From contig CAWAHW010000003.1 in NCBI GenBank assembly GCA_963781885.1, forward strand, positions 128,001 through 192,000: a DNA stretch of 64,000 bases, read 5' to 3'. Position 1 is the stretch's first letter; the number at the start of each line of letters is the position of its first letter. The DNA is from an uncultured Spirochaetota bacterium. Lineage in GTDB: Bacteria > Spirochaetota > Spirochaetia > SZUA-6 > Fen-1364. The translations under genes were made by a program, and so were the position numbers. The notes under the pieces were generated by a model. The model was not told where the DNA came from, did not search any database, and was given only the letters and a program-made list of their open reading frames with translations. Shown piece after piece: positions 1 through 10,089 of the stretch.

Positions 1-333
1 GGCGCGACGAATGTCGGCCTTCACCTGGACACTTTCCAGATGAATATTGAGGAGAAAAGCCTGCCTGCCGCAATCCTGCTTGCGGGAGACCGGCTTGTTC
101 ATTTCCACCTGTGCGCGAGCAACCGGGGCGTCCCGGGTGATGACCACATCGATTGGCCCGGCGTGTTCGCCGCGCTGAAGCAGATCGGGTACAAGCGATG
201 GATCACCGTCGAGGCCATAAGCCCGGACGCGGGGGAAAGTGCTTTGGCCGCCAGGGTTTGGCGACGCGTGGGGGAGCCGGATGAGATTGCGGCCGGCGGC
301 CGTGCACTCATACGGAAATATCTCGGTGCATAG
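1..333 (+). CDS. Sugar phosphate isomerase/epimerase (D-psicose/D-tagatose 3-epimerase-like TIM barrel), 5' truncated by window edge
   Basis: Frame 1 open from base 1: NVGLHLDTFQMNIEE...HFHLCASNRGVPG...ITVE, the ketose 3-epimerase metal motif (DxxH is DTFQ here). Confidence 0.8.
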   Translation, partial: GATNVGLHLDTFQMNIEEKSLPAAILLAGDRLVHFHLCASNRGVPGDDHIDWPGVFAALKQIGYKRWITVEAISPDAGESALAARVWRRVGEPDEIAAGGRALIRKYLGA

Positions 334-353
334 CAATTGAAGGAGGCAGAGAG

Positions 354-1379
354 ATGGCAGACGACAGGAAGCTGAGATTCGCGGTGATCGGGGTTGGATA
401 CTGGGCGTCGCTGCAAATACAGGCATGGAGCGAGGTCAAGGGAGCCGTGCTGGTCGCCATTTGTAACCGCACGGTCTCAAAGGCCAGAGATTTCGCGGCC
501 ACCTACCACATCCCGAAGGTCTATGGCGACATCGAGGAAATGTTCCGCAAGGAGAAGCTGGATTTCGTGGACATCATCACCTATCCCTCGGCGCATCTGC
601 AGGCCGTACAGCTTGCCGCGAAGCACAAAGTGCCGGTGATCTGCCAGAAGCCAATGGCTTTCGATTTCGCCAGCTGCCTTGCCATGCACAAGGCCTGCAA
701 AGATGCGGGCGTTCCGTTCTCTATTCATGAAAACTACCGGTGGCAGCCGCCCAACCGAGGGGTCAGGGAATTGCTCGACCAAGGATGCATCGGCGAGCCA
801 TTCCGCGCCCACATCCAGCTTTCCTACGGCACGGCGGAGACATTCGTGACGGAGGCATCGCTGAAGGACTACGTCGATTTTGCGCTGACGGATATGGGGC
901 CGCATTTATTTGACCTGGCGCGCTACTTGTTCGGGGAGCCCGAAAGCATGTACTGCCAGACATATAAAAGCCTCGATTTTCTTCCCTCTGATGACATCGT
1001 CTGCGCGATGGTGCGATTCCGCAACGTCATCTGCACCTGCGAGATCACCTCGCTCGTCAATTACCGCGTGTTTGTCGAGGGAAAGAATGGATCACTGGAG
1101 CTGGGCACAGGCGAAAATGTCACGCTCAAATCAGGAAAAGAGACGTCCGTCCGGCAATACCCCTCCCCCCATTACTCCTGGATCAGCGACTACGACGAGA
1201 ATTATCATGGAAAAGATTGCATTCACAGCATCGTCCAGTGCAACCGGCATCTCTTCGATGCCCTGTGCGCCGGCAGGCCGCCGGAAACCTCCGGCGATGA
1301 AGAGCTCAAAGTCATGAGGATGATCGAGGCCGCCCGGGAGTCATCGAAAAGCAACCAGGTGGTGCGCCTGTCATTCTGA
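354..1379 (+). CDS. Gfo/Idh/MocA oxidoreductase, D-apiose dehydrogenase-like subgroup
   Basis: GVGYWA Rossmann motif, CQKP instead of CEKP, HENYRWQ, DMGPH; RBS AGGAGG upstream. Confidence 0.85.
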   Translation: MADDRKLRFAVIGVGYWASLQIQAWSEVKGAVLVAICNRTVSKARDFAATYHIPKVYGDIEEMFRKEKLDFVDIITYPSAHLQAVQLAAKHKVPVICQKPMAFDFASCLAMHKACKDAGVPFSIHENYRWQPPNRGVRELLDQGCIGEPFRAHIQLSYGTAETFVTEASLKDYVDFALTDMGPHLFDLARYLFGEPESMYCQTYKSLDFLPSDDIVCAMVRFRNVICTCEITSLVNYRVFVEGKNGSLELGTGENVTLKSGKETSVRQYPSPHYSWISDYDENYHGKDCIHSIVQCNRHLFDALCAGRPPETSGDEELKVMRMIEAARESSKSNQVVRLSF

Positions 1380-1399
1380 AATCCAGAGAGGAGGGCTCG

Positions 1400-2305
1400 A
1401 TGAAGGTCAACCTGGGCATGAATCTCAGCTATGCGGTCAAGCGGTGGCCGGAGCCGGATATCTGGGGCAGGCAGGTGAGCGAACGCTGGGCGTTGAAGTC
1501 CGTGGAGTTCAACTTTGACCTCTTGGACCCGCGCGGGACCGGGTCGGCGCGGGACGCAATGTGCGAGGAAATCAGACGCGCGTCCCGGAAATACAGTCTT
1601 GAGGTGCGCAGCGCCACCATCGGCGGGGGCGCCTATGCCTACAATCTGCTGATGCATCCCTTCGTGGAGTTCAGGAAGGATGCGCTGGCGTGGTGCGAGC
1701 TCGCGGCAATCGCCTCCGAGAAGATGGGGTCCCGTTCGGTCGGCGGGCCGGTGGGAGCCATGAGCGTGGAAGGAATGCACAACCCCGCGAAACGTGACTA
1801 CCTGCTCGAGGAGTTCATTGAAGGAATGCGATGTTTTGCGCGCGTGGCCGCGCTGCACAATCAGGACTGCATCACATGGGAACCTACCCCGATCGCGCGG
1901 GAGCTCTCCGTGGACATCGACGCGACGTATCGACTGTACGAACGGATGAACAAGGATGTGCCCATCCCCATCTTGCTCAGCCTGAACGTGGGGCACCAGT
2001 GCTCAGGCGCCGGCATGACGGGGAAAAATCTGGATCTCTACCAGTGGCTCAAGGAGCTCGGAAAGATCTCGTCGTGCGTCCGTCTCCAGCAATCCGACGG
2101 CGTGATGGACAGGCACTGGCCGATGAGCAAGGAATACAACGATAAAGGGATCGTGCGGATGGACAAGGTTCTGGAGGCGCTCGCCAAGTCCGGCTCTCAA
2201 GAGGTGGACCTTTTTCCCGAGATCATATTCGCCTTTGAACACAACGAGGAGAGGCTCCTGGAAGAGATGGATGAGACGATCAGCCACATAAAAAAGTACA
2301 TATAG
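1400..2305 (+). CDS. Xylose-isomerase-like TIM barrel sugar-phosphate epimerase (EryC-like)
   Basis: LGMNLSYAVKRWPEP N-terminus, WEPTP, NVGHQ, QQSDGVMDRHWP; RBS GAGGAGG. Confidence 0.65.
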   Translation: MKVNLGMNLSYAVKRWPEPDIWGRQVSERWALKSVEFNFDLLDPRGTGSARDAMCEEIRRASRKYSLEVRSATIGGGAYAYNLLMHPFVEFRKDALAWCELAAIASEKMGSRSVGGPVGAMSVEGMHNPAKRDYLLEEFIEGMRCFARVAALHNQDCITWEPTPIARELSVDIDATYRLYERMNKDVPIPILLSLNVGHQCSGAGMTGKNLDLYQWLKELGKISSCVRLQQSDGVMDRHWPMSKEYNDKGIVRMDKVLEALAKSGSQEVDLFPEIIFAFEHNEERLLEEMDETISHIKKYI

Positions 2306-2436
2306 AACCATCGGGTGTCGTTGCCGGCCTCGTCGTCTCCCGCCGGCTCAAGACATTTCCGACGGCCTCGAGAGGTCCCAGATCCTCAAAGGCATCGACT
2401 CGGAGGGAAGCACACAGGCCGTCGTATCCCTTTGTC

Positions 2437-3054
2437 TCAGCGCCCGATGAGGTCCGTTCGCGTGAGTTGGACGTTCCCCTTCACCGCCGGCGCGTTGAGC
2501 AGGTGCCAGGCGACATACTGCTCCGCGTAGAGCTCGGGCGAAGCGGTGCCGTCGACAGGAACGATGACCTTGAAGCCGCGCAGGCAGGCGCCGATGCTGG
2601 TCCCCAGGACCGCACCTTCCGCCTGAAGGCCCGTGATGATCAGCGTCGTGATGCCCTTTGACGTGAGGTAGGCTTCCAGATCGGTTCCATAGAACTTGTC
2701 CACGCTTGCATGTACCACGTGCTCGGTCGACGTCGGCTTCAGGTCGGCCGTGATCGATGCGACGTCCGCGGAGCCGCCCAGGCTGTATGCAACCACGAGC
2801 CCGGAGCTCCGCGCGAAGGCGAGCAGCTTTTTCACCCTCGGCACGGTGGCAAGCGACCGCGGGCGTCCACCGATGATGCGATCCTGGAAGTCGAGCAGAA
2901 GGAGCGCTGTCGTCGCGGGATCGACCTTGACGGGGACGAGGCCGGGCGCCGGTGGCGGCTGGACGGTGGACCAATCGTCCACGATTGTTTTCCCCTGGGC
3001 GCTGGCCGCGACGGCCACGACCGACAAGATGAAGACGCTCAGCAATCCTTTCAT
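2437..3054 (-). CDS. Isochorismatase-family hydrolase with signal peptide
   Basis: TALLLLDFQ, DKFYGTDLEAYL, LIITGLQAEGAV; N-terminal MKGLLSVFILSVVAVAASA|Q. Confidence 0.8.
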   Translation of the reverse strand: MKGLLSVFILSVVAVAASAQGKTIVDDWSTVQPPPAPGLVPVKVDPATTALLLLDFQDRIIGGRPRSLATVPRVKKLLAFARSSGLVVAYSLGGSADVASITADLKPTSTEHVVHASVDKFYGTDLEAYLTSKGITTLIITGLQAEGAVLGTSIGACLRGFKVIVPVDGTASPELYAEQYVAWHLLNAPAVKGNVQLTRTDLIGR

Positions 3055-3231
3055 GGCAGACCCCCCAGTTGATTTGCCCCTTTTCATTTGGAGCATTTCA
3101 GACAAAGTTAACCCTTTTTGGGGATTGGTGGCCTCGGAGAGATGCAGCTGTTCCCGTTCAATGGCGCGTCTTCATCTTATTTTGTGGTTATTTTCTTCTA
3201 TACAAGTAACCATTTCACTCAGGAGGATTGG

Positions 3232-4110
3232 ATGGAGCAAAAAACAGTCATCGTGGCAGGGGCGACGGGCTACCTCGGCCAGAAAATCGTCAAGGCCCTC
3301 CTGGCCCAGGGTGCCCGGGTAAAGGCCATGGTTCGGGTGACAAGCGACCGGACTGCATTATCGGCCCTCGGCGTCACTGACTTCGTGGTCGGTGACATGA
3401 TGGACCGGGGATCCCTGAAAACGGCGCTGGCGCAGAGCCCCCGGGCCGATGCCCTTATTGCCAGTGCGGCGGGCTACACCCGGCATACCCAAGGGGATTC
3501 CGAGGCAACGGACACCGAGGGGTATAAAAACCTCGTCGATGCAAGCAAGGAAGCGGGGATTCCCCGGTTTGTCCTGATATCAATCCTGGAGAGCGACAAG
3601 GCCGTCAACGTCCCGCATTTTCACAACAAGTACCTCGCGGAAGAGCAACTGAAAAAGGCAAAACAGCCTTTCATTGCCCTCCGCGCAGGAGCCTTCCTCG
3701 ACCAGGCTCGCGACATGGTGCTTTCCCAGGTGAAGGAGGGGATCTATCCCGGGCTTTTTGCTGATGTCTCCCTTGGGATGGTCTACACGCCGGACCTGGC
3801 ACGGTACGCGGCCCTGGCGGCAACCACTTTGCCGGACACCGCACTTGGTCGTTCGGTAGATATCGGTTGGGCAACCCCTGCCAGCGGCGCTCTCCTGGCC
3901 AAAGCCTTCACGCAGGCACTGGGAAAACAGGTTGTGGCGAAACAGTTCGTTCCTCCCATGATGAACCCGGATATGGCGGCAATGATGGAGTGGGTAAGGA
4001 CCGGAGCCTATGTCAGCCGCAATCCTCAAGTCCAGAAAGAGCTTTTCGGAGACCTCCCCACGGTTGAAGAGGCTGTTCGGCGATATTGCCGGGACCGCGG
4101 CCTGGTGTAA
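3232..4110 (+). CDS. NmrA-like/NAD(P)H-binding atypical SDR
   Basis: VAGATGYLG, HFHNKYLAE; RBS AGGAGG at 3221 places the start at ATG 3232. Confidence 0.85.
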   Translation: MEQKTVIVAGATGYLGQKIVKALLAQGARVKAMVRVTSDRTALSALGVTDFVVGDMMDRGSLKTALAQSPRADALIASAAGYTRHTQGDSEATDTEGYKNLVDASKEAGIPRFVLISILESDKAVNVPHFHNKYLAEEQLKKAKQPFIALRAGAFLDQARDMVLSQVKEGIYPGLFADVSLGMVYTPDLARYAALAATTLPDTALGRSVDIGWATPASGALLAKAFTQALGKQVVAKQFVPPMMNPDMAAMMEWVRTGAYVSRNPQVQKELFGDLPTVEEAVRRYCRDRGLV

Positions 4111-4203
4111 GGTCCGAAGCGGCACTTGCAGGGAGCCCGGAAATTGGGATAGACGGGAGGCTGCCTTGCAGGCCCGCTGATGGTCGCAAAAGTTCGTACC
4201 CGA

Positions 4204-5025
4204 CTAGGGATTGACTGTGTACTCCTGAACCAGGTGGATGTCGTTTTTCACCTCGAGAACGCCGGGTACCGTTCTGGCCGCGGCGACCGCCACTTCGATC
4301 GGCGCTTCCGTATTCGACAGTCCGTCGAGAGTCACCACCCCGTGTTCGGAGGTTGCGGTCAGGTTTGGTATATGTACCTTCTTCACGCAGATTATCGCTG
4401 TCAAAACCTTCTGCCCCAGGAGAAGGTCCGAGATCATCCTCCCCCCTGCGGCCTCGTCGCGAGAGTCTATCGTCAAGGTCACACAGCTTTTGATCATTTC
4501 CGCCGCCTTGACGGCGTCCAGTCTCGCCGTATTGATGATCAGGTCGTAGCCTCGGGCGTCAGCCCAGTCGATTTTAAAATTGATCTTGCTGAAGCCGATG
4601 CGGTCATGATCGCACTGTTCCAGTAGGTGCCCGGCTTGCCGCTCATTGCAGGAAAATTGCCTCATCGCTCGTTCAACGCGCAGGCCCATGGGCGCCGTGA
4701 TGCGGATGGCCAGGTGGCTAGGGACTTTTTTGAATACGATGGAGCCCCCCCTCCCCACGATGATGCAATTGCCTTCCGACGCTTCCTCGTACAATGCGAG
4801 CTTCAAGTACTGGATGTAATCAGTCCAATTCTGGGAAAAAGAGGACCAGAAGCCGGGCCTTTTCTCATCGTACTTCTGCTGTTCCGCCGGCTTGAATCCA
4901 TGCTCTGCGAGACGCCTCTCAACATAGTCGCGGTCGATGATCCGCCAGCCGGTCATCCGACTGAGCTCACGGGCGGTCTCCTCACCGAGTGCGGCAAGTT
5001 CACGTGAAACAGTGATGATGGGCAT
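4204..5025 (-). CDS. Cytidylate kinase-like family protein with C-terminal BON domain
   Basis: IITVSRELAALG, IIVGRGG, YDLIINT; C-terminal GVVTLDG...VPGVLEVKNDI. Confidence 0.8.
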   Translation of the reverse strand: MPIITVSRELAALGEETARELSRMTGWRIIDRDYVERRLAEHGFKPAEQQKYDEKRPGFWSSFSQNWTDYIQYLKLALYEEASEGNCIIVGRGGSIVFKKVPSHLAIRITAPMGLRVERAMRQFSCNERQAGHLLEQCDHDRIGFSKINFKIDWADARGYDLIINTARLDAVKAAEMIKSCVTLTIDSRDEAAGGRMISDLLLGQKVLTAIICVKKVHIPNLTATSEHGVVTLDGLSNTEAPIEVAVAAARTVPGVLEVKNDIHLVQEYTVNP

Positions 5026-5071
5026 CGTGCGCCCCCTCTCAAACGAGCATCTGGGAATGTCGCTATTTTCA

Positions 5072-5100
5072 ATTCTGAAGGCCTCGCCACCGTCTGTCAA
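5072..5100 (-). promoter_or_regulatory. Sigma70-type promoter for the cytidylate kinase-like gene
   Basis: Minus strand TTGACA-17 bp-CAGAAT. Confidence 0.55.
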
Positions 5101-5170
5101 GCAAACAAGCGGGGACGCACGCCTCAAGCCGCGGAAATCGTGAACCAGTTGTTCAACGACGCACACGCTT

Positions 5171-5866
5171 TCATGGAGTCACCAGGAACCGCACCCCGGC
5201 CTCCGCGTGCGCGGCCATGGTGTCGAAACGTGGCACGGAAAGATCCTCCTGCGTGACGATGAGGGGAAGCTCCGTACAGCCCAGCACGATCCCCTCGGCG
5301 CCGCGCGCGACGAGCTCCGCGGCCGCCTCCAGCACGTATGTGCGGGACGAATCGAGGAACTGTCTCGCGCACAGTTCGTCGAAGATGATGGCGTTGATCC
5401 GTTGTCGGCGCGGCGCATCCGGGATGAGGGATTCAACGCCGAAGCGCTCACGAAGACGCGCCCGGTAGAAGTCCTTCTCCATGGAATAGCGCGTGCCCAG
5501 GAGCCCAATCCTCTTCACCGAGGCCGCCCGGATCCTCTCTCCCACCGCGTCCGCGATATGGAGAAGGGGAACGCCCGCGGCCTGTTCGACTTCGTCGGCG
5601 AACAGGTGCATGGTATTGGTGGCAATCATGATCCCGTCCGACCCGGCGGCGGCCAGAAGCCGCGCCTCGGCCAGGAGCACGGCCTTCACCGCGGGCCAGT
5701 CTCCGCGCCCCATTGCGTCGGAGAGCTCCTGGAACTCCACCGAGCTCACGAGCAGCCGCGCGGAGCGTGACCCGCCCAGCTCCCGCTGCACCCCCTCGTT
5801 GATGAGCCGGTAGTATTCAGCGGTTGAGAGCCAGCTCATGCCACCGATGATTCCCAGCCTCTTCAT
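5171..5866 (-). CDS. Aspartate/glutamate racemase family protein (YgeA/RacX-like)
   Basis: GIIGGMSWLST, ATNTMH, LGCTELP. Confidence 0.9.
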   Translation of the reverse strand: MKRLGIIGGMSWLSTAEYYRLINEGVQRELGGSRSARLLVSSVEFQELSDAMGRGDWPAVKAVLLAEARLLAAAGSDGIMIATNTMHLFADEVEQAAGVPLLHIADAVGERIRAASVKRIGLLGTRYSMEKDFYRARLRERFGVESLIPDAPRRQRINAIIFDELCARQFLDSSRTYVLEAAAELVARGAEGIVLGCTELPLIVTQEDLSVPRFDTMAAHAEAGVRFLVTP

Positions 5867-5879
5867 TCCCGTCCCCCCT

Positions 5880-7280
5880 TCACTTCTTTTCTACCGCCGC
5901 GCGCGCAGCGACGAACGCCCTGACCGACCTCTCGACGTCATCCCCCGCGGTCGCGTAGGAGCAGACGCTGATGCGGATTGCGGGTGCGCCGTTCCATGTC
6001 GTCCCTCCGCACCAGCATTCACCCGACGCCTGGATTCGTGAAAGGGTCGCCTGGGTGAGCTCAGGCGTCGCGCAAGCCGCAAGAACCTGGTTGAAGACAA
6101 CATCGTTCAGGATCGTGAAGCCCTCCCGGGAGAGCAGGCGGGCGAAGAGCTTCGCCATGCTGTGCAGTTCCTCCACGAGAGCGGCCGCGCCGGACCTGCC
6201 CAGGGACATGAGGGTGGCCCACAGATCCACCGCACGGGCGCGGCGGGACATGTCGGGGACGTAGAGCATCTCGTCGCGGTTCTCTCCATACTCGACATAC
6301 GCCGCCGAGGCGCGCATGGCGTTCACGAGCGCGTCCCTGTCCCGGCAGAAGACGATCCCATTGTCGTAAGGGGCATTGAGGGTCTTGTGTGCGTCGGTGG
6401 ACCAGGAGTCCGCGAGTGCCGCGCCTTCGGTCAGATGGCGCAGGCGGGGGGAACCCGACGCCCAGAGTCCGAAGGCGCCATCGACGTGCACCCATGCGCC
6501 TGCCGCGCGCGCTGGGGGGATGATGGCGGTGAAGGGATCAAAGGCGCCCGTGTTCACGTTCCCCGCCTGGAGAATGAGGAGGGTCCGCGCATCCAGGACG
6601 GGCATGCGGGATGGGTCCATCCTGCCGTGCGCGTCCACGGGAACGAGCTCCACCCGGTCCCGGCCGAGGCCGAGGAGGCCCAGGGCCCTGAAGACGCTCA
6701 TGTGCGCCTGCGTGCCCAGGACCACACGGATCTCAGGAGCACCGATCAGCCCCCTGCCGCCGCAATCCCATCCAGCGCGGCGGAGGAGCTCGTCACGCCC
6801 GGCGGCCAGGCCGCAGAGTGTGGCCATCGACGTGCCCCCCACCAGTCCGGCCACCGTCCCGGGAGGCAGACCGAGCAGGTCCACGAGCCACCTCTCACAG
6901 GCGGACTCCAGATGGGCGGCGATGGGGGACATCACGTACAGCGCGGCGTTCTGATCCCACGCATCCGCGATCCATTTGGCGGCAATAGCGCCCGGGAGGC
7001 TTCCACCGTTCACGAAGCCGAAATACCGCCCACCCGTCGTGGCCGCGGTTGCGGGAGAGCCGTGCCGATGGAGCAGATCCACGATACGTGACGGCTCCGT
7101 CGGATCTTCCGGCAAGGCCGCGGGGAGCACGGCAAGCCCCTTGAGAGCGGCGGCGTCCGGCACGACGCGCATCTCCCTTGCGCCGGCCGCATACTCGGCG
7201 GCGCAGGCGCTGGCGTGGTCGAGCAAACGCGTGTCCCGCGCCTGCTCCCGCAATGTCCGTAGAATCTGCTGTGATTCCAT
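5880..7280 (-). CDS. Group II PLP-dependent decarboxylase
   Basis: RYFGFVNGG, WVHVDGAFG, DSWSTDAHKTLN (PLP lysine); RBS GGAGG before ATG 7280. Confidence 0.85.
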   Translation of the reverse strand: MESQQILRTLREQARDTRLLDHASACAAEYAAGAREMRVVPDAAALKGLAVLPAALPEDPTEPSRIVDLLHRHGSPATAATTGGRYFGFVNGGSLPGAIAAKWIADAWDQNAALYVMSPIAAHLESACERWLVDLLGLPPGTVAGLVGGTSMATLCGLAAGRDELLRRAGWDCGGRGLIGAPEIRVVLGTQAHMSVFRALGLLGLGRDRVELVPVDAHGRMDPSRMPVLDARTLLILQAGNVNTGAFDPFTAIIPPARAAGAWVHVDGAFGLWASGSPRLRHLTEGAALADSWSTDAHKTLNAPYDNGIVFCRDRDALVNAMRASAAYVEYGENRDEMLYVPDMSRRARAVDLWATLMSLGRSGAAALVEELHSMAKLFARLLSREGFTILNDVVFNQVLAACATPELTQATLSRIQASGECWCGGTTWNGAPAIRISVCSYATAGDDVERSVRAFVAARAAVEKK

Positions 7281-7418
7281 CTCCGCCTCCTGGTCTCCGG
7301 GGGGCGCGTCGCGTTGACAGCCGTGTCTGGCCGGGCGCCCCGGGGGGATGCACGAACGGTAGCCCTGGAAAATGTATGCAGTCAATACTATACTTGTCTG
7401 CAATACATTATGAATGCA

Positions 7419-8807
7419 ATGACTACATCCTGGAAGCCGGCAAGCCTCAATGACGACCTTCCCCTTTACCGCGCCATTGCCGAGGCTCTTGCCGGGGATA
7501 TCTCCTCGGGGAGGCTTCGTCCGGGGCAACGGCTCCCCTCCCAGAGACGGCTTGCCGCCCTGATCGGCGTGGACCTGAGCACCGTCACACGCGCCCTTGC
7601 CGAATGCCAGAGGCGCGGCCTCATTCAGTGCACCGTGGGACGCGGGACCTTCGTCACGGCGGACGGGGGTGCGCCCCTTGCCCTGGCGCGCGTGGAGCAG
7701 GCGTCCCGGGCGCCACTCATTGAGATGGGCCATGTGCTGCCTCTCTATGACCAGGAGAAGACGGGCAGGGATGCAATCCGCCGCTTCCTTCCCGCTCTGG
7801 ATCTGGAGCGATGTTTACGCTACACGGACCCCGAGGGCATGCGCAGGCATCGGGAAGCGGGCGCGGCATGGGTGAAGCGCGCGGGGGTCGCGGTGCGGCC
7901 GGAGAACGTGCTTGTGACCGCGGGTTCGCAGAATGCCATTGCCTGCTGCCTGCTGGCGCTCTTCAAGCCGGGGGATTCCATTGCCGTTGACGAGCTCACT
8001 TTCACCGGCCTCAAGGCCATAGCGCGGATGCAGGATATCCGGCTGATCCCAGTCGAGATGGATGACCATGGCATGCTCCCCGACGCATTGGAGAGGGCCT
8101 GCCGGCGCGAGCACCCGCGTGGGCTCTACCTCATGCCGGATTTTCAGAACCCCACGACCTCGGCGCTGCCGGAGGATCGGAGGAGTGAAATTGCCCGGCT
8201 CATCGAGCTGCACGATCTCATATTCATCGAGGATGACGCCTACGGACACACGGTGGGACGCCACACGGCGCTCAGCGCGCGTGTCCCCGAGCGGGGGATC
8301 TACCTTGGGGGGACCTCGAAGCTCTTCGGCGCCGGGTTGCGCATCTCATTCGTGGCCTGTCCGGCCCGCTTCGTCGCACAAATGGGGGGCGCCGTTCTCG
8401 GCACGGTGTGGATGGCCTCTCCGCTGAACGCGGAGCTCATGACGCGGATCATCACGGGCGGCCATGCTGAGCGGATCATCACCGCCAAGCGGGCGGAGGC
8501 GCGCGCGCGGACCGTGATGGCCCAACGGAAACTGGCGCCGTACCGTCTGCATGCGCGCGAATCCGGTTTCTCCGCATGGCTCGCCCTTCCGTCGGGCTGG
8601 ACGGGACGTGATTTCGAGCTCTCCGCGCGGGACGTGGGGGTCCGGGTATTCGCGGCTGAGAGGTTTGCCATTGGCGGCAGGGCGGCGCCCGCCGCGGCGC
8701 GGATCTCGCTCACGGGGCCGGAGACGAGGGAGGAATTGTCCCACGGCTTGGATATACTGGCGGATGTGCTCGCCCGGGGACGTGTCTCTTCCTCCGCCAT
8801 CCTGTAG
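7419..8807 (+). CDS. MocR/GabR-family regulator (GntR HTH + aminotransferase-like domain)
   Basis: LRPGQRLPSQRRLA...VGRGTFV HTH; FQNPT, IEDDAY, GTSKLFGAGLR; divergent from the decarboxylase; alternative start 7410. Confidence 0.9.
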   Translation: MTTSWKPASLNDDLPLYRAIAEALAGDISSGRLRPGQRLPSQRRLAALIGVDLSTVTRALAECQRRGLIQCTVGRGTFVTADGGAPLALARVEQASRAPLIEMGHVLPLYDQEKTGRDAIRRFLPALDLERCLRYTDPEGMRRHREAGAAWVKRAGVAVRPENVLVTAGSQNAIACCLLALFKPGDSIAVDELTFTGLKAIARMQDIRLIPVEMDDHGMLPDALERACRREHPRGLYLMPDFQNPTTSALPEDRRSEIARLIELHDLIFIEDDAYGHTVGRHTALSARVPERGIYLGGTSKLFGAGLRISFVACPARFVAQMGGAVLGTVWMASPLNAELMTRIITGGHAERIITAKRAEARARTVMAQRKLAPYRLHARESGFSAWLALPSGWTGRDFELSARDVGVRVFAAERFAIGGRAAPAAARISLTGPETREELSHGLDILADVLARGRVSSSAIL

Positions 8808-8856
8808 CCCACGGTGGATGTTCGGCCTCAGAGCTCCCCTCCGCTTTGGCCCGGGC

Positions 8857-9996
8857 TCATCCGCGGTAGGATCGCCGGTAGGCGCCGGGCGTTGCACCCT
8901 GGACTTTACCAAAAGTGGAATAGAAACGCGGGGCGCTGGCGAAGCCGGTTTCTGCCGCGATGGCGGCGATCGTGAGGGTCGTGTCCCGAAGCAGCCGGCG
9001 CGCCTCGTCGATCCGCCTGCGGACGATCTCCTGGTGGATGCTGCGGCCCAGCGTGCTCCGAAACCTTTTCTCCAGCGTCCGCCGCGAGCACGGGATTGAC
9101 ACGAGGAGCTGCGCGACGGTGAGCCGTCCCGCCGCGGCACCGTGTATCGCTGCCAGTGCACGGTCCACCAGTGCGTCTCCCGTGGCGAGCGCCCGGGTGG
9201 ACTCGCGTTCCACCACTTCGCGCGGGGCAACGACGGCCGGCTCGGAGGGGCCGGGCCGGCCGTCCAGCAGGGCGGCCAGGGCCTCCGCCGCCTCCCACCC
9301 GATGCGTTCCAGGTCCAGCGCGATGCTGGAAAGGGGCGGCACCGACAGCTCGCAGAGGATATCTTCGTTGTCCACCCCCAGGATGGCGAGATCCGACGGA
9401 ACGTGCAGGCCCAGCCGCCGGCAGGCGGCCGCCGCCTTCAGTCCCACCGTGTCGTTGCAGGCGAAAAGGGCGGCGGGCGGGGGGAGGGCGGCAAGCCACC
9501 GGTCGAAACGCTCCGAGTGATGAAGCTTCTCCCACCAGTCCAGGGGCTGCTCGAACACGGAGAGGCGGGCAGGTCCGACCGCCTCGCGAAAGGCCTCGCG
9601 TCGTGCCCGCGACCATCCCACGCGCGCCACGCCGCAGAAGGCGAAGCCGCGTCGCCCCAGCGCCTTCATGTGGCGGCCGGCGAGACGGCCCGTGGCGCGG
9701 TCGTCGTTGCTGACCTGGCGGAACCCCGGACGGAGCCACGCGCCGGCAACGTCCACCACCGGGATCCCGCGCGCGGCGAGGCGGTCCGCGTCGCGGCGGG
9801 ATTCGATGCGCGCGATGATCCCGTCCCCGTCCCAGCGCTCCAGGGATCCCATCGCCTGGAACATCCACCCGAAGCCGTACAGGTCCCAGTCCGGCCGGCC
9901 GCGGGCGTAGCGCACGACCCCCCGCGCCACCCCGTGCTCGTAGTGGTCGATGAGACCCATGAACAGGCCGACCCGCTTTCGTCGATGCGCCCGCAT
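8857..9996 (-). CDS. XylR-type activator (LacI-like sensor + AraC HTH)
   Basis: DGIIARI, FACND, ILGVDNE, PPLSSI, VVERESTR, C-terminal IAAETGF...TPGAYR. Confidence 0.88.
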   Translation of the reverse strand: MRAHRRKRVGLFMGLIDHYEHGVARGVVRYARGRPDWDLYGFGWMFQAMGSLERWDGDGIIARIESRRDADRLAARGIPVVDVAGAWLRPGFRQVSNDDRATGRLAGRHMKALGRRGFAFCGVARVGWSRARREAFREAVGPARLSVFEQPLDWWEKLHHSERFDRWLAALPPPAALFACNDTVGLKAAAACRRLGLHVPSDLAILGVDNEDILCELSVPPLSSIALDLERIGWEAAEALAALLDGRPGPSEPAVVAPREVVERESTRALATGDALVDRALAAIHGAAAGRLTVAQLLVSIPCSRRTLEKRFRSTLGRSIHQEIVRRRIDEARRLLRDTTLTIAAIAAETGFASAPRFYSTFGKVQGATPGAYRRSYRG

Positions 9997-10089
9997 GATC
10001 ATCCCTTTCGTAAAACGTTATAAAGTATACGCATTTCGGGCATCCCGGGAACGGGCCGGCGGCTTATGATGAGGATGTGGAGGAACCGC

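Noticed and set aside
3185-3212. TGGTTA-N16-TAACCA inverted repeat upstream of the NmrA-like gene
   Set aside because: Only 6 bp and no cognate regulator adjacent; too weak to call
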